Source: Nitrososphaerales archaeon
GTDB lineage: Archaea > Thermoproteota > Nitrososphaeria > Nitrososphaerales > UBA213
DNA length: 28,096 nucleotides
Assembly (NCBI GenBank): GCA_036443875.1
Contig: JAZFZF010000231.1
Coordinates: 1 to 28,096 of the forward strand
Reading direction: 5' to 3'
Every line of letters starts with the position of its first letter. Positions within the stretch are counted from its first letter, which is position 1. The position numbers were made by a program, and so were the translations under genes. Under the pieces are notes generated by a model. That model saw only the letters and a list, made by a program, of their open reading frames with translations, ran no database searches and had not been told where the DNA came from. This document shows, piece after piece, positions 25,707 to 28,096 of this stretch.

Positions 25707-27644
25707 TTAAATAAGTTTAATTGCTTCCTGCACGCTAGGATGATAAGTAGGAATCCTGAATATCCTACCAACGGCACTGGCAACGTTCTCAACCTTACGC
25801 CTCTCGCCATGATCAACTATTACCCTTCTTAGCTTCGGTCTAAGCTTACCTATATAGGATATTAACTGGTTGTAATCGCTGTGACCGCTGAAACCTTCAA
25901 TCTTTTCCACACCACAATTGATATTAATCACTTGTATCTTTCCATCCCTTCCCATGACAGAAACCTGCCTAGAGCCGTCCAACACCCTCCTTCCAAGCGT
26001 TCCGTTGACCTGATAAGATACAAAGACCATCCTGTTCTTGGGATCTGGTGCAAGCACCTTGAAGTATTCTATCACTGGACCACCTTCAAGCATACCGGAA
26101 GTGGCCATTATAATAGCTGGTTCATCCCTTAGAGCTTCTTCTCTTCCATCAACATGCTCTATTATAGTAAAGTATTCGGACATGAACGGATTATCATCAG
26201 TTTCCATTATACGCTGTCTAAGGTTCCTTGCCAAGTACTCTGGATGGGATATGTGCATTGCAGTAGCTTCAGAGATCATGCCCTCGATGAACACTGGAGC
26301 TTCTATCATCTTTTCTGCTTTCATGTAAGAATCAATTACCATTAGTATTTCTTGTGCCCTCCCTACTGCAGGAACAGGAATCAGCACCTTCCCTCCCCCA
26401 GAAAGTGTGTTGTTAATTGTGTTTACAAAGTTCATTTCGACTTCTTCCCTTGACGGCATAATATCTTCTTTCGCACCGTATGTACTTTCTATGATCAGTG
26501 TTTCAACCCTAGGATAGTTCCATGATGCACTTTCAAGCATCTGACTTCTTCCATACTTTAGGTCACCAGTGTAAACCAAGTTGTGATCCCCGTTGCCAAT
26601 ATGAAGGTGTATTGTTGAAGAGCCCAAGATATGTCCAGAGATTGACAGTACTAACTTGACATCTGGAGCAATGTCGGTGACCATGCCGTAAGGCAATGTT
26701 ATCGTGTGTTTGATAACTTCCTTAACGTCACGATCGGTGTAGAGAGGAATAGAACCTTCTACCTTGGCCACTTTTATCATATCGCTTTGAATTAGTGTCA
26801 TTAATGGAAGTGTAGGTTCTGAGCAGTAAATGGGACCTTTGTAACCATATTTGAATATTACAGGCAAGAATCCTGTATGATCCAAATGCGCATGGCTGAG
26901 CACGATCGCATCCAATTCACCAAGGTCAATGTTTGCCCAGTCAAGTCTTGGGAACGCATTTAGCGAGCTCTTTGCACCAGGATTTATTCCACAATCAAGT
27001 AGTATCTTGCTCTCGTGAGTTGTTAACAGCATGCATGAACGTCCTACCTCGCCAAAACCACCCAGAGTAAGCAAACTTGCTTCTGCAGTTTCATCTAATT
27101 TAGGTCTGAATATTTGCTCGCCTATACGCTTGTAGAACTTACTCCTCTCATTTACTGTCATCTTCAACGTGAAGTTTATCTGCTGCATCATTTCCGATTT
27201 AATATGAGATGCTTTTCTTACACGTATCTTCCATCCAGTTTTTTCAACAAGCTCTATCATATTGAAGTCATTCCCATCCATATCTGGCGAATGTAGTATC
27301 CAAGGTTTCTTGACCTCTACAATGATTTCTCCCAAAGCAGTATCAAAGAACGTGCTCTTTATTTCTACTTCTTTTGGTAACAGGTGCATCAAGATGTTTC
27401 TAGCATCTTCTTCGTTCTTGCGTATTGATTCGTCAGTTCTTACAACTATACGCTTTTTGATCATGTTGACCATACCTGAAATTATGTGGTTATTCTCCAT
27501 CAAATACTTCGGATTTTTGGTGTAAAGTGCAATCCTTGGCCCTTCATACTCTATCTTCGTGACAGCAGCATCGCTAGGGATACTCTGTAGTATCACTGAC
27601 ATTATGTTCTGTCCTCCCTGCCCATTCATCTTTTCCTGCATCAT
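25707..27644 (-). CDS. fttA: aCPSF1 / FttA beta-CASP ribonuclease with KH domains
   Basis: EYEGPRIALY (KH), LGGFGEVGRS, SHAHLDH, GHILGS, TGD, ESTYG, VGRAQE and GFSGHSD motifs. Confidence 0.96.
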   Translation of the reverse strand: MMQEKMNGQGGQNIMSVILQSIPSDAAVTKIEYEGPRIALYTKNPKYLMENNHIISGMVNMIKKRIVVRTDESIRKNEEDARNILMHLLPKEVEIKSTFFDTALGEIIVEVKKPWILHSPDMDGNDFNMIELVEKTGWKIRVRKASHIKSEMMQQINFTLKMTVNERSKFYKRIGEQIFRPKLDETAEASLLTLGGFGEVGRSCMLLTTHESKILLDCGINPGAKSSLNAFPRLDWANIDLGELDAIVLSHAHLDHTGFLPVIFKYGYKGPIYCSEPTLPLMTLIQSDMIKVAKVEGSIPLYTDRDVKEVIKHTITLPYGMVTDIAPDVKLVLSISGHILGSSTIHLHIGNGDHNLVYTGDLKYGRSQMLESASWNYPRVETLIIESTYGAKEDIMPSREEVEMNFVNTINNTLSGGGKVLIPVPAVGRAQEILMVIDSYMKAEKMIEAPVFIEGMISEATAMHISHPEYLARNLRQRIMETDDNPFMSEYFTIIEHVDGREEALRDEPAIIMATSGMLEGGPVIEYFKVLAPDPKNRMVFVSYQVNGTLGRRVLDGSRQVSVMGRDGKIQVININCGVEKIEGFSGHSDYNQLISYIGKLRPKLRRVIVDHGERRKVENVASAVGRIFRIPTYHPSVQEAIKLI

Positions 27645-28096
27645 TAACCACTAAGTGAAAAGGACTGTATCTCCTGTCTTGGAAGCTCACGGTATCCGTT
27701 CTTGTCTATTACCGCCACATCGATCCCATCACCAGTTCCTGCATTTCTTCTAATAGCAGCTGCAATTGCCCTTGCGCCAAGTCTCGTTCCCTCGTCTATA
27801 GTCATACCTTCCTTGTATTCACTTTCAAGAATTCCGTATGCTACAGGCGATCCACTTCCTGTTGAAACAAACCTCTCTTTATTCAGTGAACCAAAGAGAT
27901 CTATATCGAATACTACGGCACCTTCTTGATCATGCCCTCCAACCAAGATTTCAATCATGTATGGTACTGGATATCGCTGTGAAAAGAACATATTCGATGC
28001 GAGTCTAGCACATGACTTCAAAGGTATAGGAATTCTGTTTTCCAGTTTGTAGATATTTGCTTGGTAGCGCAGTATATCTACAACATTTTGTGCATC
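27644..28096 (-). CDS. psmB: Proteasome subunit beta (partial, 5' end beyond the window)
   Basis: The frame is open to the window edge (DAQNVVDILRYQA..). IDLFGS, STGSGSPVAYG.LE and RNAGTGDGIDV motifs; conserved psmB-aCPSF1 linkage. Confidence 0.95.
   Translation of the reverse strand, partial: DAQNVVDILRYQANIYKLENRIPIPLKSCARLASNMFFSQRYPVPYMIEILVGGHDQEGAVVFDIDLFGSLNKERFVSTGSGSPVAYGILESEYKEGMTIDEGTRLGARAIAAAIRRNAGTGDGIDVAVIDKNGYRELPRQEIQSFSLSG

Noticed and set aside
270-27929. Many 60-160 aa ORFs antisense to or overlapping the annotated genes
   Set aside because: They are shadow ORFs with no recognisable motifs, lying opposite well-supported genes.
1-28096. tRNA or rRNA genes
   Set aside because: GTTCGA-type matches fall inside coding regions, and no cloverleaf or rRNA-like GC-rich tract was seen.

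Overview
AT-rich archaeal chromosome segment. Gene content and order look like Nitrososphaerota (Thaumarchaeota); this is inferred from protein families, not from a search. The backbone is housekeeping: V/A-ATPase E and the start of A, a nucleotide cluster (PPP phosphatase-tmk-HD dNTPase-pyrH), Hsp20, ABC1 kinase, YjbQ, NUDIX, M1 aminopeptidase, an AbrB-PhoU regulator opposite the archaeal CoA operon (PoK-PPS-panB-coaBC), Lrp/AsnC genes, PepQ, a PP-loop tRNA sulfurtransferase-like protein, SepF, aCPSF1 and proteasome beta. I found no tRNA, rRNA or CRISPR array. The interesting signals lie outside the ORF track. (1) A canonical box C/D sRNA at 11301-11377 whose 3' tail is perfectly antisense to its own C box. 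(2) An IS110 recombinase relic with a structured upstream non-coding segment (bridge/seekRNA-like candidate) and further hairpins downstream. (3) A 77-nt imperfect inverted repeat directly upstream of a stand-alone zinc-finger/HNH nuclease. (4) A solo Cas4-like Fe-S protein with degenerate nuclease motifs. (5) Several disrupted genes, including an Lrp whose HTH is out of frame next to a stand-alone RAM-domain Lrp. (6) An orphan methyltransferase plus small ORF islet. All structures were read by eye; no folding or database search was run.
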